Below are positions 24,750-37,519 of a DNA stretch of 64,000 nucleotides, one piece after another (within the stretch, counting starts at the first letter, position 1; each line of letters begins with the position of its first letter). The notes beneath the pieces were generated by a model. That model searched no databases and was not told the origin of the DNA. It saw only the letters and a program-made list of their open reading frames with translations. Source of the stretch: Fistulifera solaris (Eukaryota); NCBI GenBank assembly GCA_030295235.1, contig AP026162.1:1-64000 (forward strand), in the 5' to 3' direction. The translations under genes and the position numbers were made by a program.

Positions 24750-25286
24750 TTACACAACGCGCGTTGCACACACCTGTCGGCCTTCCAACAAGCCCGAGCA
24801 GAGACTATGCGAAATGCGTCCGACGTAGATACATGCTTCACTAAATAATATGAAAAGGATAACAGAAGGGTGAGATTAGGGATGATAGGACGTGATTGGA
24901 TCAAGTTGATGCATTTACAAGAAAACACAAACTATACGTGAATTTCAATGTTCTTACCCTGCATCGCATTCGCTTGAGGCGGAACATTCTTTTCCTCCTC
25001 CAGTTGCACAAATCGGATCTCCTTCAACAGTCGTAACACAGCCTGCTTCCGGATTACTTGGGCATACGACAGCACTATCCGGGTCCCGACAACGGTATTG
25101 ACTATTCTCGCAATTGCAACCATTTTCTTCCGGGCCACTACAAGCTGGGGCGCGAGGTCCACTCAGAAATGTACTTCGATCGGAAAACAATGTGTCACTT
25201 GCTTGAGAAGTTGCGACCCGCGGAAGCGACGCAAGAAACACGACCATGAGCGCGCCTTGCATGAATAGAGTGCTGCTAGTCTTCAT
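24750..25286 (-). CDS. Small secreted cysteine-rich protein, paralog B (12 Cys)
   Basis: Signal peptide MKTSSTLFMQGALMVVFLASLPRVATS. Intron 24841-24957. Exon 2 encodes EACIYVGRISHSLCSGLLEGRQVCATRVV*. Confidence 0.8.
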
Positions 25287-27082
25287 TGTGATTTAATATT
25301 CGGTAAATGGATATCAAGAACGATAATCGATGGAATGAAAATCTATAAAATAGCGTGTCGTATCTTTCAGCCTCTCGCTGCTTCTTGTGTTGAAAGACGA
25401 ACAAAAAAGCTTCGAAGCCGACGAATGCCGCGAGCCGCGAGCCGCGAAAATGCCGATGCCGCCCATAAGTCCAAAAAAGTCCGTCCTCCGTCCTCATCCT
25501 TATCCCTAAGGAAGTTTTCATGGCTTAAAGTCGACTTTACAGGATAAGTGGACTTAAAAGTCCTCTTAATTTCTGGACGTAGGACATGGTAGGATTTGTA
25601 CACAGATGATTTTTTCTCCACCTCGCGTAACAACGACATTGACGTCAATGATGCTGATCATTGATTTGCATCAAAAAGAGCGATTCAGTTAAAGAAATTC
25701 AAATACAAACATAGTAAATCCTCTTGCTATCGGTATGGGCTGCTAAACTTGCCCAAGGGCTGCTTGTAAGAGCCGAAGGGGACTTATCGCCTCGTATCCG
25801 TAATACCTCCGTTGCGCAGTCGATTGCAGCCAACTCCTGTTGAGAAAATCAATGTACCTGACTATGTAAGTGATCGAAATATCATAAAAAGTCTTTTCTT
25901 TATTAGCTCTCACCTATTGTCAACGTTTTAGGCCCCATTCGTTCCGGTACGGCGCAAGCAATTTCATGATCGTCGCCATGCTTTTTCCCTAAGTAAAATC
26001 GTGATTTGTGGACGCGCTTCTTTAATTTCAAACTCCTTCATTCAACAATCAACCAAAGTGTCCAAGAAAAGTCAATTCTTGTTTTATTACTTGAACTCCG
26101 CTCCGTTGGGGTCGGTAGCTGCTCTAGAGTCACGACGAGCGGAGCCTATCCATGATCTCGACTAGCAGTCCATTCTGAACGCCATCTGCTTGATTTACCT
26201 CGCAGTTTGTTTTTGCGGAGGTTTTGAGCCTCCGCCTGTTTCAAGAGTTCGTGTTATCGTGACGTGATAGTGTGGAAACAACAATTTGCTCTTCACATCA
26301 ATGCGTTGGAAACTGGTGCTGTTTGGGTATACATGTTCGCGAAGGCTTTGCAAAAGAATCCCAGTACTCCTCTTTTTGATATTATGTTGGATTCGAGTGA
26401 GGAATCTAGCGATTGCAACTTCTTCCGTCGTTTTCCTTTGAGAGTGATTCAATGCTGTTGCTTCGCCGACATGCATACAACAATCCCCATGCCAGCCATG
26501 GACTCGTTTACAACTTTTGGCGCCTTTTATGTGTCGAGGCAGGGATTCGTTGACCGCTAATTTTATTCAGAAAATGGATGGAAGGGAATGTTAGGCACAC
26601 AACGGTGTCTATACTACATGTTTCATTGCGACAAAGAAGCGTCGGAAGTCTTTACGATGCCTAGGTCAGCTTAATAGATCTAAGTTCCTTCTTTTGCTTA
26701 AACGCGATTATTATACGGAGTAGTAAGATTGACTTAGTCATTAGCAGTGTTTTCTCCTAAAGGCGACTGGTATAGCAGAGGCCATGAGCCGTCGACGAGG
26801 GTGTTCAAAACAATCGCCAACGTCCAATTCTACCATAAATACTCCATTTAAAGACGCATAAAAGTTATTGAAGACCCGGAGTCGAGGATAGTCAGAGTTG
26901 TACTGAGTCATGAACATGAATGACTCAATCGTTTTTCGCGAAAACCCGGAAGTTGAAGCCTCACCAAAAAAAAATCGCCGACCGTCGTGTTATTGCATCG
27001 CAGCCCATTATTAGGAAAGGTATACATTACACTTCATTTCAAATTCATGTGTCCTGACTTAATCACTTCCAGACCTCTTATA

Positions 27083-29405
27083 ATGAAAAGTAATTCTATT
27101 AGACTATATGGGTCAGATGTTCGAATTAGAAGAAGAAGAACATCCATTAAAAGAGGAACACTGTTTCTTATCCTGATCGGTGTTTTTGCAGAGCGCTCTC
27201 AGTCCTTTCTCTTTCATGTTCCTCAACAACTACGGTCTTACCCTTCATTAACATCGCAATGCAGAAGGAATGATATAGAGCGTTATATCTGCTCGCAGTC
27301 GCCTTCAGCACTTTTTCTCGGTGTCTCTCAATCTACGTCAACGAATAACAACCGCAATCGCCGCTCATCGACGGACGATTCCTCGTCTTGGGAGCAGCGA
27401 ATACGGAAAGCGGGACGACAGGGTCGCACAGATGAAGCTATTGAACTCTACGAGACGCTTTTGCGACAATCATCTTCTTTTCTTACAATTCGTCACGTCA
27501 ACGCTGCTATAGATGCCCTCGCTCGGGCGTCTCCTCCTCGATTAGAACAAGCACTGCAACTGGCTCAATCCTCTCCTTGTCGCGTCAACGTTTACACACT
27601 GGGAATGCTGCTGAACGCGTGTGCGCGTGCTGGAGACGCCGTCACCGCACAGCGATGGCTGCGACAGGCGAATACTCTTTTGCTAGAAATCCGATTGCGC
27701 CCAATGAAGTGTGTTACCAAGCATGCATGACAGCCTGTGTTCAAGCAAATGACTTTGCTTCTTGTCGTAAACTATTTCATGAGGCTCTTGAAAAGGAATT
27801 CCCTTGACCGTGATTGGTTACAATATCGTTGTATCGGCCGCGGCGAAACAAGGGGATTGGCAAACAGCCATGGCTGTTGTAAAGCAAATGCAAGCACCGA
27901 ATTCCACTACCCCTGCCCCAGATGCTGTTACATACGGAACGCTGTTAGCAGCATGCGAAGCGGCGGGACAGTGGCTTCAAGTTCTCGAGCAGGCGCAAGC
28001 CATGAAGAACGAAGGATTTGATCTTGATGTGAGGGCTTTGAGTAGTTGTCTACACGCTTGTCAGCAACTAGGGCGAGCTGAACAGGCATTGCAGCTACTA
28101 GAGCAGATGGAAGCATTGCCGGCGACTGATACACAGGTACCTGACGCTGTGGCGTATCGTCTGGCTCTTTCGGCGTGTGCGCGGGGTGGGAAACTGGCGG
28201 AAGGCTTACGGTTGTTGGAAAAGTTGGAAACGCATTTCCCACACGAAGAAGCCAATGTCGTAGCATACACTGCTGCTATTGCAGGGTGCGAATCAGAAGG
28301 GCAGTGGAAAGTGGCATTTCGCTTAGTTGATCGCATGCGCAAACGCGGTGTTCAACCCAATGAAATGACATTCGTAGCAGTCCTTGCCGCTTGCGCCACA
28401 GCATGTGCACGCCAAGCTTCGACGTTGGCGTCAAAAACGTCTACAGACGTATCAGCTCCCAAAGATATTACGAGCTCGGAACCTTACCAGCAGGCTATGA
28501 AGCTGTTGCGCGTCTTGAAGAAAGATACGACAGTAGTAAATCCTAACATTCACGTGTACAATGCTGCTTTGCGTGTATGCGCGGAGGCATGCGATTTGAA
28601 AGGAGCATTTGCGCTCTATAACGAGCTGATTGAGGACCGAGATTCATCTGCTAACATACCTGAAGGGACCGTCACTTTGGCACCCAATATTGTCACATTC
28701 GGCACGTTGATGACTGCATGTGAACGTGTAGGAAGTATGGAAGGTGTAACTCAAGTATTTCGTTGGATGCAGGATCTTTCTGGTCCTCCTATAAAGCCCA
28801 ATGAAATCGTTTATGGTGCGGCCCTCAGTGCATGCCGACGTGCACAAAATGACGAACGCTCTTTCTTTCTGTTTGAGCAGATGCTACAAAACCCAAAGTT
28901 ACGACCGAACGTCGCTACATATAATACAGTTTTGCTGGCTCAAACCGAAGCGGGTACGAAAACATCAACGGCAAGGGCGCTGTCAGTCTTTCGATCTCTT
29001 TACAACAGCCCGTACACACAGCCCAATCGGCAATCGTATCAGATTATAATTCGTGCTCTTGCTTTGGATCGCCGGCCTTTAGAAGCATTGACATTGTTGC
29101 AACAAATGCAGCAGGCTGGGTTCCGTCCAGACGTAGATCTATATACCTGCACCGTCGCAGCGTTCGAAAAGACGGGCCAGCCTGCTCAAGCGCTCAAGTT
29201 GATGGAGGCCATGCGCGCCGATGGGTATGACTTCTATTCCAACGGGGTACTGGATGCGGCATTCAAGCAAGGGGTACAGATTGTGAGTTCAGTCCAGCGC
29301 GGTTTAGAAACGAAAAAGATGCCGAAATCTCTCGATGCTGGATTGGGCGCCCCTCGCTCGTTTAATGAAACGATTGCGCAATGGATAGCTCCTAGTATGG
29401 AATAA
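27083..29405 (+). CDS. Pentatricopeptide repeat (PPR) protein, possibly plastid-targeted
   Basis: Many 35-aa repeats (PDAVTYGTLLAAC, NVVAYTAAIAGC, PNIHVYNAALRVC, PNIVTFGTLMTAC, PNEIVYGAALSAC). Hydrophobic segment TLFLILIGVFAERSQS-F. Frameshifts near 27680 and 27800. Start codon uncertain. Confidence 0.92.
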
Positions 29406-29494
29406 ATTCAATAATATTAGCAATAATGATTTCAGATATTGTAAATCTAAAAAGCAGCTAAAGCACTGTTTCATATTTTCCAATTCTCGCTGGC

Positions 29495-30541
29495 CTACTT
29501 CATCGCCATGATAATTTTGTAAACCGCCATGCCCAACAATCCCATTTGCAACGGTTCCATTGTGGCAACATTCTGTCGTGCTGTTTGTACCGAGAAGCGT
29601 CCTGTCGATGGGTCCGTACCCAAAGCGCTGACGGTTCGAAATACATAAGCAGCTGACATGATCATCCCCAACTGCTGATACCATGACTTGGTAGGTTTGG
29701 GGGTATTATAGCCAAACGAGGAATCCTGCGGAGGCATTTCTTGAGACAGCGAGGGACGTTCATCTGCGGCGATCGCCTCGTTCAATGACACCCCAAACGA
29801 CTTTAGCTCCTTCGCATCATCGTATCCTAGCTTATAATAACGTTCCTTGAGTGCGTCTTCGTTCAGAATTCTTGCCGCTGATGATGAAGTAGATTGTGCG
29901 CTATATTCGTCACTTAGATTGAGCATCGATGGTGCAGAGCTAGCTGAAGAAGGCATGATTGATCGTACGAAAAAGACAAGGACTAATCCCATGAAGGCCG
30001 TGCTCATGTACTGATTTGAGGCGATTTGTGGCCCTACATAGGGCAATTCCCGAATTCGGTCACGACAGCGTTGAGGGAAATTTCGCAACATCGTCTGTCG
30101 AGAAGAGCCCCAATCAGGTGCAATGATAGTCGCCAAAAGCAAAGCAAAACTAATCACCATGAGCACTCGCGTGAACCCAATATAGTAGATCACAGCAAGA
30201 AGGAATAAACCCGCAGCAGCACCCGCATAATGCAACGGTAATCCTGTTCGTTGCTGAATTTGTTGCGTCGCATTTTGAACGTATCGCTGCACATTACGAT
30301 CGTTTCGTAACAATTGATACTGCCCTGCAATTTGTTCCATCCAGCTCGCCTTGACAAGATTCTCTGCTTTTAAGGCAATTTGATCTTGCGATACCGCCAT
30401 GTGTATAATGTATCGCTGTCGATCGGCTGCATATTGCAAAACGATTCCTAAAGCACCGTTACGATCAGCGCGACTCGTGTTTTGTATTTTCACAACTGTT
30501 GTTGGAGGGTTTGTTACCCAACCGTTCGGATCGCTAGCCAT
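29495..30541 (-). CDS. Uncharacterised membrane protein with an N-terminal SH3-like beta domain
   Basis: Intact 348-aa ORF; VKIQNTSRADRNGALGIV...RYII...ALKAENL followed by several hydrophobic helices. Confidence 0.8.
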   Translation of the reverse strand: MASDPNGWVTNPPTTVVKIQNTSRADRNGALGIVLQYAADRQRYIIHMAVSQDQIALKAENLVKASWMEQIAGQYQLLRNDRNVQRYVQNATQQIQQRTGLPLHYAGAAAGLFLLAVIYYIGFTRVLMVISFALLLATIIAPDWGSSRQTMLRNFPQRCRDRIRELPYVGPQIASNQYMSTAFMGLVLVFFVRSIMPSSASSAPSMLNLSDEYSAQSTSSSAARILNEDALKERYYKLGYDDAKELKSFGVSLNEAIAADERPSLSQEMPPQDSSFGYNTPKPTKSWYQQLGMIMSAAYVFRTVSALGTDPSTGRFSVQTARQNVATMEPLQMGLLGMAVYKIIMAMK

Positions 30542-30769
30542 TTTTACTCGTATGACTTAGCAAATAAGCAGAAAAAGAAGCAATATATTGCAAAGAAGGA
30601 TACAATCATCAATCATCACACGGAATGAAGCGATGATGCTTTGACCTTTTCCTATTTTTTTGACATCGCGCATGATGAGCATCGCGTGTCGTAATTCGTA
30701 ATGATGGCTCCAGGCTCCAACGTAATGCCGCATTTACTGTACGATGTTGTGTAGGTTTACGGAAGATCA

Positions 30770-30778
30770 CGTGACGTA
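30770..30778 (-). promoter_or_regulatory. Candidate TACGTCACG element overlapping a TCACGTGA palindrome
   Basis: 229 bp upstream of ATG 30541, within a cluster of ACGT cores at 30767-30812. Confidence 0.4.
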
Positions 30779-31042
30779 TGACGCACGTACGATTGTTGAT
30801 GGTGCGACACGTGCTAAGGCTAGAAGCATGAAACGAGCTAGTTTTCTTCTACGAAGGCTAGACAAATAAATAGACTAATAAAAACTAACAAAAGCTCAAC
30901 ACACGTAAAAATCATCGATGAGAGCCGCACTGAGCCGTCATACAAGTAACTAAACAATGTTCTACGAGCGAGAAAAGCAGTGCCGAAGTGAATTCATACT
31001 TCTCTAAGTTTCAAAATTGAATTGACAGCGTATTGTATTTCA

Positions 31043-32887
31043 TTAGAGAAGGACCAGGGCTAATCCCAACATAAGTCCGACTCCTACTAACATCCCCAAG
31101 ACCCATTGAAGAGTCTGCCCGACAGTGTCTCTCTCGATCAGTTTAAAGTCACTAGCGTCGACGTCCGCGAGACTGCTTGCTACGTCGGTTTCAAACTCTT
31201 TCGCCAAATGAGCACCTACCATGGGAACATCCACGCCTCGCGCACCAAGACCGGTCACTTTGATCACCATAATAAAGCGGCTGGTGGATAGAATCTCAAT
31301 CGTGATCCCTGTGCTTTGTAAAGTGCCAGTTGAATAGGAATCGGTGTTGGGAAAGGGCCCGCCCGGACTTAAGACATGGCCTTTGACGAAAAAGTCCTCT
31401 TCATCACCAATATTCTTTCCTTTTTCTATATCGTATCTGCCATCCGCTTGTTGAACGGCAAGCATGTAATGATCCGCTGGCCAGCCGACACTACCGGGAT
31501 ATCCAACTTTTTTCTGAAGTGACTGATTTTCGTCGACGTGATATATCACAATACCTATGGCGATTCAAATAGAAGCGGAACGAGAAGGAAGTGAGTTAGC
31601 GTGAGCAGGTATGAGCATACAAAAGAGTTACTGTGGTAATCTTACCTCCACCAGGAACATCCTTATCGAAAAGAATCGGTTGCTTGTTTTCAAGCAACAG
31701 ATATTCACCTTCCGGGTAGTTCTTGGATATTTTGTACAATTGGGAAGACATTTGCAGCGGTTGGAGCGCGTAGTATCCATCGTAAATGATTTCGATTGGT
31801 TCAGTCCACCCAATCCGTGTTCGGCACCACCCATCCAAATGCCCCGGTGTACGAGCCGAAAAATCCCAACCTTGACTACTACTCATTGTTGTGAAACGCC
31901 CAACACCGCCTACAGGTGGAACATTCAGATCGTACAGGTCCGGAAGACCAAATCCATGCGAAAACTCGTGAACTATGGGACCGATGACTGCATTGGTAAC
32001 ATAAAACTGTGTCGGATCCCGGCTCAGGCACGTTGGAATACCAAAGGCTGATAGCATGGAAAACCCTCCCACTTCTATATAATCTTTCGATATCCATTGT
32101 GCATGATCCGGGTTGGGATCGGCAGATCCAGTCGACCAAATACGGTCCTTTCGTTCTCCGTTGTGATGTAGACAAGTTGTCAAATCCCCTATATTCAGTT
32201 GATTCGAGTTGCATGGATTAGTAATTCGTTTTCCTTGATGAGAACGCGCGCCATTTACTATCACTTACTGGATTCCGCCATGTATCCTGAGTGTAAAACA
32301 ACAAGATGATTCAGGTACCCTTCCGGGCTAACAAAGCCAGTCCACCAATCGTGCTCTGGATCGTTGTCGACTTTGTCCAATGCAAATTGAAAGAATGGGA
32401 AAAAGTTTTGACCCCAACCAGATTTTCCTGCTGCCATTTCTGCTTCTGTTTTTGTTGATACCTCCCAGTCTCGAATAACGAATTGAGGTACGTACTTCCC
32501 ATTGCTGTTCTGTCGCAGCCATTCTCTCACGGATCCGATTTCGTTAATGTCACTAGTACCGTTGCCGTTAAAGAACTCTTCCAAGTACTCTATAGTAGGT
32601 ACTTCTCGGTCGACATGATCAGCAAACTTGACAGGAAGAACAAGAACCTTGATACCTTCACCAACAGAAGGATTGAGGCGGCGTTTTGGCTTCTGCTGCA
32701 AACATTCTTCTTTGGTTTGATTGTGACAACGACTTGACGAGTCGAAGGATGAATATGTTGCTTCTGCGTCTCTTAGCTGCAGCCATTGACCTATTTCCTC
32801 CACTGAAGGTATTGTTGCGATTGAGTGCACGATACTGAAAAGAGCACATAGAAAGCCCGGAACAGAGACACGATAGCTCTTTCTCAT
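31043..32887 (-). CDS. M6-family (immune inhibitor A-like) zinc metalloprotease, secreted with C-terminal membrane anchor
   Basis: Signal peptide; VLVLPVKFADH; HEFSHGFGLPDLYD; TMS Met-turn; EYLLLENKQ; IYHVDE; C-terminal hydrophobic helix. Frameshift near 32262; intron about 31555-31645. Confidence 0.9.
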
Positions 32888-33563
32888 TATTTTGTTGATA
32901 ATCTTGTGACGATAATATTATCCACGAGATCCTCGTGAAGCAGTCGATGAAGTGTCAGGCACTGCTATTAACTGTGAAAGATTGGGCTAAAGGCAACGTT
33001 GAATGAAGATGACTTTGTTTGCTTTTCAATGAGATTGACGATGATGATCGATGATGCGAGGTTGTTGTTTGTTGAGAAATAATAATGATGAGGGTAACGG
33101 GAGTTCTGTACTCTGTACCAGGACTCTGCATTCTGGACCGGTAAAATTTCGCAAGCTGGAAGGGAAAACTATTTCTACAAGAATTCAGGACCACATTGCT
33201 TTCACATATCTACACTTCTTGTATCGAGTGTACACCTATATAATTAAAACTGTACATTTCTTTCCTAATAGAAAAGTCATTAGTCATTTACCGACCAAAA
33301 GGCCCAAACAAAAGGCTTAAGTCCACGTGCTTGGAGCTTGGAGGTTGAAGTTGAATTCGTCAACTCTACACACAATTCGAGAGTTTACCAGCTTCACGTT
33401 TTAGCGAAATGGAGGATGTTTTGCACTATGATCACGAGTCCCGCTCAGGCCACGACATTAAGAGCAATAACAATAACAAATAACCAGAGCAACATGTCGA
33501 GAGAAACGCCGATCCACAAAACAACAATGGTTGATTGATTGAAAATGAATAAAAGAAAGCCAA

Positions 33564-35212
33564 ATGTTACTCGGTTCTATCATAGCCTTATCATCTCTGT
33601 TTCATGCAAGCGCGCAATCGATTATATGGGCTTCCAATGGCGGCGGATGGCGGTCGATGGCGACTGTTATAGGATTTGCTAACGTGTTTTATCAAGCTGG
33701 CCTCATTGACGACGACACGTGTGCTTTTGAGGCCATATCCACAAACTCTGGAGCATCCTGGTTTAACACACAATTCTTCTACTCTACGAACTTTTTTGAA
33801 GCTGTCACACAATCGACGCCGGATGAGTTATACGACTTTGTGGTGGACTGGATGGAATCATATGCAGCAATCTTCGATCGAAATCGTCAGAATACGGAGG
33901 GATGGCGCTGTGATAAGTTTAGACGGAGGTATCAATGGTTACATGTCACAGATTTGTTTGCATGCATGTTTGAGACTGCTACTGCAAAATACGGCGATCC
34001 TGGTTGGATGGATCGACCAGCGACACCGAGAATCGAGTACTTGCTCTCCAAAATACAAGCATGTACTTGCAAAGTGCACTTATCCCAACCTATCGCCATC
34101 GACGGCGTATTCTACGCGATAAAATTACCTATTGGGGTCCTTCGAGGTCACAAGAGAGCGATGAAGTCGGATTCTCTGTCAATATACCCGTGCATTTGGC
34201 CGTCAAAGCAACTGGGTTAGAGTGGAAACTGGCTGTCGAAGACCAAGATCTTCCATTGACAGGGTTCACTTCTATTGCACCAAGTACATTTCATTTTGAC
34301 GACTGGCGACGTTTTCACTTGTACCCAGGTCAATCTGGAACTGTGTACACAACAGATCTGCCAGATAGGTACGAACGCGGAATTCAGATGAGGGATTTTT
34401 TCGGAGGAAAGCCAACGGCGCTGCAGGCAGCTCTGGCGGGAAGCATGGCTACAAGCGAATTGGACACCAGCGGACCATCCACTTTTGCGCAACGACAGTC
34501 AGTAGAGTTATATGCTATTCGAAATGGCAATTCGTCGAGGAAAAAACATGAAGAACGTCGTCTCATCAGGCAATCGAACTTATTCTACAGAACGCTGGAG
34601 CCACTGAATGAGTTTGCTATATGTACTCAATATCCAAATGAGTGCGACGAACGCGATATTCATTTGGGAGATGGCGGAAGTACAGACGGAACATCTGTTG
34701 CGCTGGCAATCGCTCAGCATCAAAGTAAAGGGGATACGACGACACCTTTGAAAGTCATTGTCACGTTGACCTTTTTCCTTGACGACTATGATTCCAAGTT
34801 TTTAACATATTTTGATACATCATTCAATGATGGAGTTTCTCCCGGAGATTTCATATGGATTCCCAGCACAGACGACCCGAATGTCCCCGGGCCAAATCCG
34901 TGGCGATCGCCACAAATATTCGCTGAAGCCATGGACCAAATGACTTTGAATACGTTAAGAGAAGAAGGCGCGCTCGGAAGCGTGAATGCGTCGGCGTTTC
35001 AGTTGACTCTAACTACAATTTCCAACCCAGCTTTTCATATTATTGCAAACCAACCAGTGAACATGCTCGTTCTCACATACTACGGCTCAACGCCTACGTT
35101 CCTCATCGGCGATGAAGTAAATAAATTCAAAGGGACTACCGCCCAAGTTTCGAAAGACCTCGCCAGTGATCAAGAACTTCTCGCCGCTGTCAATGATTTC
35201 ATATTACTTTAG
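33564..35212 (+). CDS. Secreted phospholipase B/cPLA2/patatin-fold protein
   Basis: Signal peptide ending ASA-Q; GGGWRSM (oxyanion loop), STNSGASW (nucleophile elbow), LGDGG (catalytic Asp). Frameshift near 34025. Confidence 0.72.
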
Positions 35213-35362
35213 TTAATTTTCTTTCCGACACAACCCGGAATCATTCCTTATACAAACAGATTGGTCATAGAGATTAAATCACCATTTTCATTATTAGCAA
35301 GCAATGGTTTAGCTGTGTATATGCGTGTTACTGTGATAAAGAAGCTTTTTGTTCCTTTCAAA

Positions 35363-36663
35363 TCAGCACTTTGCTGCCACCAAAGGAACGGCAACGGATT
35401 TGGTCATGCGGAGACCACCCCTTCAACTTCGTAGATTCCAATTTTGCGACAAGCTTCTGCCCATTCCTGTTTACCCGCCATGGCAATCAATTTCGTTTCT
35501 TTGAGCTTCAACAATTTCTTTCGAGCAAATTCATCAATCGTCTTGCAAGATGTCAACAAATGCGTAGTCGACATGTTTTGTGCCGCCTGGTAGACGCCAT
35601 CCAGTCTAGTGGGGAAATAGACTGCCCCACGGACGCGACTTCTCTGTGGGACATGCGCACAGTGTTTGCAACGTATGCCGACTTGCCCCAACACAACTGG
35701 CTTTTTACGGCCCTGCGTGCTCGACTCGACGTCTTTCTTATCAGCGATAAAGAATTCGAGTTGCTGACGAACCATGATCTGATAACTGCTCATGCGTTCA
35801 TCGTCCGTGTCCATGGCCATGGGAAAGGAACCAGACATGACGTCTCTTTCGTTTCCAGCTTGTAGTGCAGGAGCAATGGGAGTGTGCTGCGCAGCCGAAA
35901 GCGGAATCAGGAATGGTGCAAGACCAGTGGGTGGTCCTGCATTTGTCGAAGTTGCTGGCCTCCCACTATTTGAAGACAGAGCAATCAACGTTTGTACCAA
36001 ATCTATATTTTCTTTCGACAATCGATTGAGCTGATTCGACTCCTGAGGTGCTCCCTGAGTTGCTAAAGGAGGGTTGCTTATCGCAAGAGGAGGCACGTGA
36101 GTTAATGCTGGCGGCGATTCATTATTATTGCGAGGCGAACTTTTTTGCTCTTGTAAGCTCTGTATCGAGGCCTGAGTGGCATTCTTTAGCAACTCCATGA
36201 TATGTTGGCTAGGATCTGAAGTTGTGGGGAGCACCGAAGGAGGCTGTGCAAAATTGGTTCTTTGTAGAGGAGGTGCGCTCGCCTGTTGCACTTGAGCAGC
36301 CAAGGCCGTGAGCGTTTGTGCTAAATGAGAGGCAGGAGGAACGGGTTTCTTAAAACCATCATCTTTCACTTTGGGTAATTCAATTAGACCGAAATGACTG
36401 GGTTTGACAAGGTCCGCGGATGCTGAAGTAATCGAATCCCAAACGCTTTTCTTTGGCTTTACAAGTCTCTTATCTCCTTCCTCAAATGTACTGGGTTTGT
36501 TGCTATTGCTCGAATCGGATCCTGATGTATCGGTAGCAGGATGCAGCTCAGGCGACGAATCGCTTGTTCTATCATGTCCGTCAGAAGACATCGAATCGTC
36601 TTGTCGAGCACCGAAATCTTTCCGTTTCAAGCCATTGTTGCATGATATTGTGTTGCTCGTCAT
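35363..36663 (-). CDS. Uncharacterised protein with low-complexity N-terminus and C-terminal GQVGIRC domain, paralog 1
   Basis: SSYQIMVRQQLEFF...QGRKKPVVLGQVGIRCKHC...GAVYFP...YQAAQNM...HLLTSC. One G lost near 35418 hides the GGLR ending seen in the paralog. Confidence 0.85.
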
Positions 36664-37519
36664 GTTTCGAATGATGCAAAAGCCGATCGAAAATAGCAGT
36701 TGAGGGACAACTGCAACTCACACAAGCTCTACCGTGCTTCAATAATGCAAACTATTGAGCTTCTTATTTTAATTACTTGAATTTTCTTTCATTTACTTTC
36801 GACCTCTCCTTTTTTGATTGCTGATAGTCGTCTAATAATGACATCAGTCACCGAATACCGAATGCGCCGCTTATTATCGCCTTTCATCAAGTTCGTCCTC
36901 TCCGTATTTGCTGAAGAAGCGAAGAAGCTATGGCAAAGTCAGAATACGTCAGGTACGTCATTTCTGAAAGTTCTCTTTTCGTGATACTAAACTCACAGTC
37001 GTGTTTCGTGTGTTTTCACCTTCACACGTTTCTTCCAATACAAATCCGCCATAGGGGCAATAGTGTCAGTCGGCCATCTGTGCCTCAACATACTTATCAT
37101 ACTTACCGTTTCAACGAATCAAAAGCGTCATCGTCGCCCTTGAGTTTTCGGTTTTCGGTTTTCGACTTTCGACCACGCAAGAGGAAATTGAATACCGCTT
37201 TGAGCTAAGCTCACGAGTCACGAGTTTCCTTTCGTGTTGTTCAATTATTACTCTTCCCCGCCCAGCTCTCTAGCCAGAGTTGTGAGACAAAACTCTCTTG
37301 AACCTTTTGTGTTACTATGCTCCTTATTAGAAATGGACAAGCCCTCAGCACACCCCGGCCCATTTTAACGCTCTACAGCAGCATCAGTTCCTCGCTTGAA
37401 CTCACGATCGTCGGTCACATCTGTTTGAAAAAAGCAAAGTCTGGTAGCCCATGAGCAAAGACAAGACCATGTATCCTTTTACTTAAACTACTATTACCCT
37501 ATATTGGTCGCTAGGCTAG

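Noticed and set aside
26195..26560. Overlapping ~95-aa ORFs on both strands
   Set aside because: No motif or paralog support; sizes are compatible with chance.
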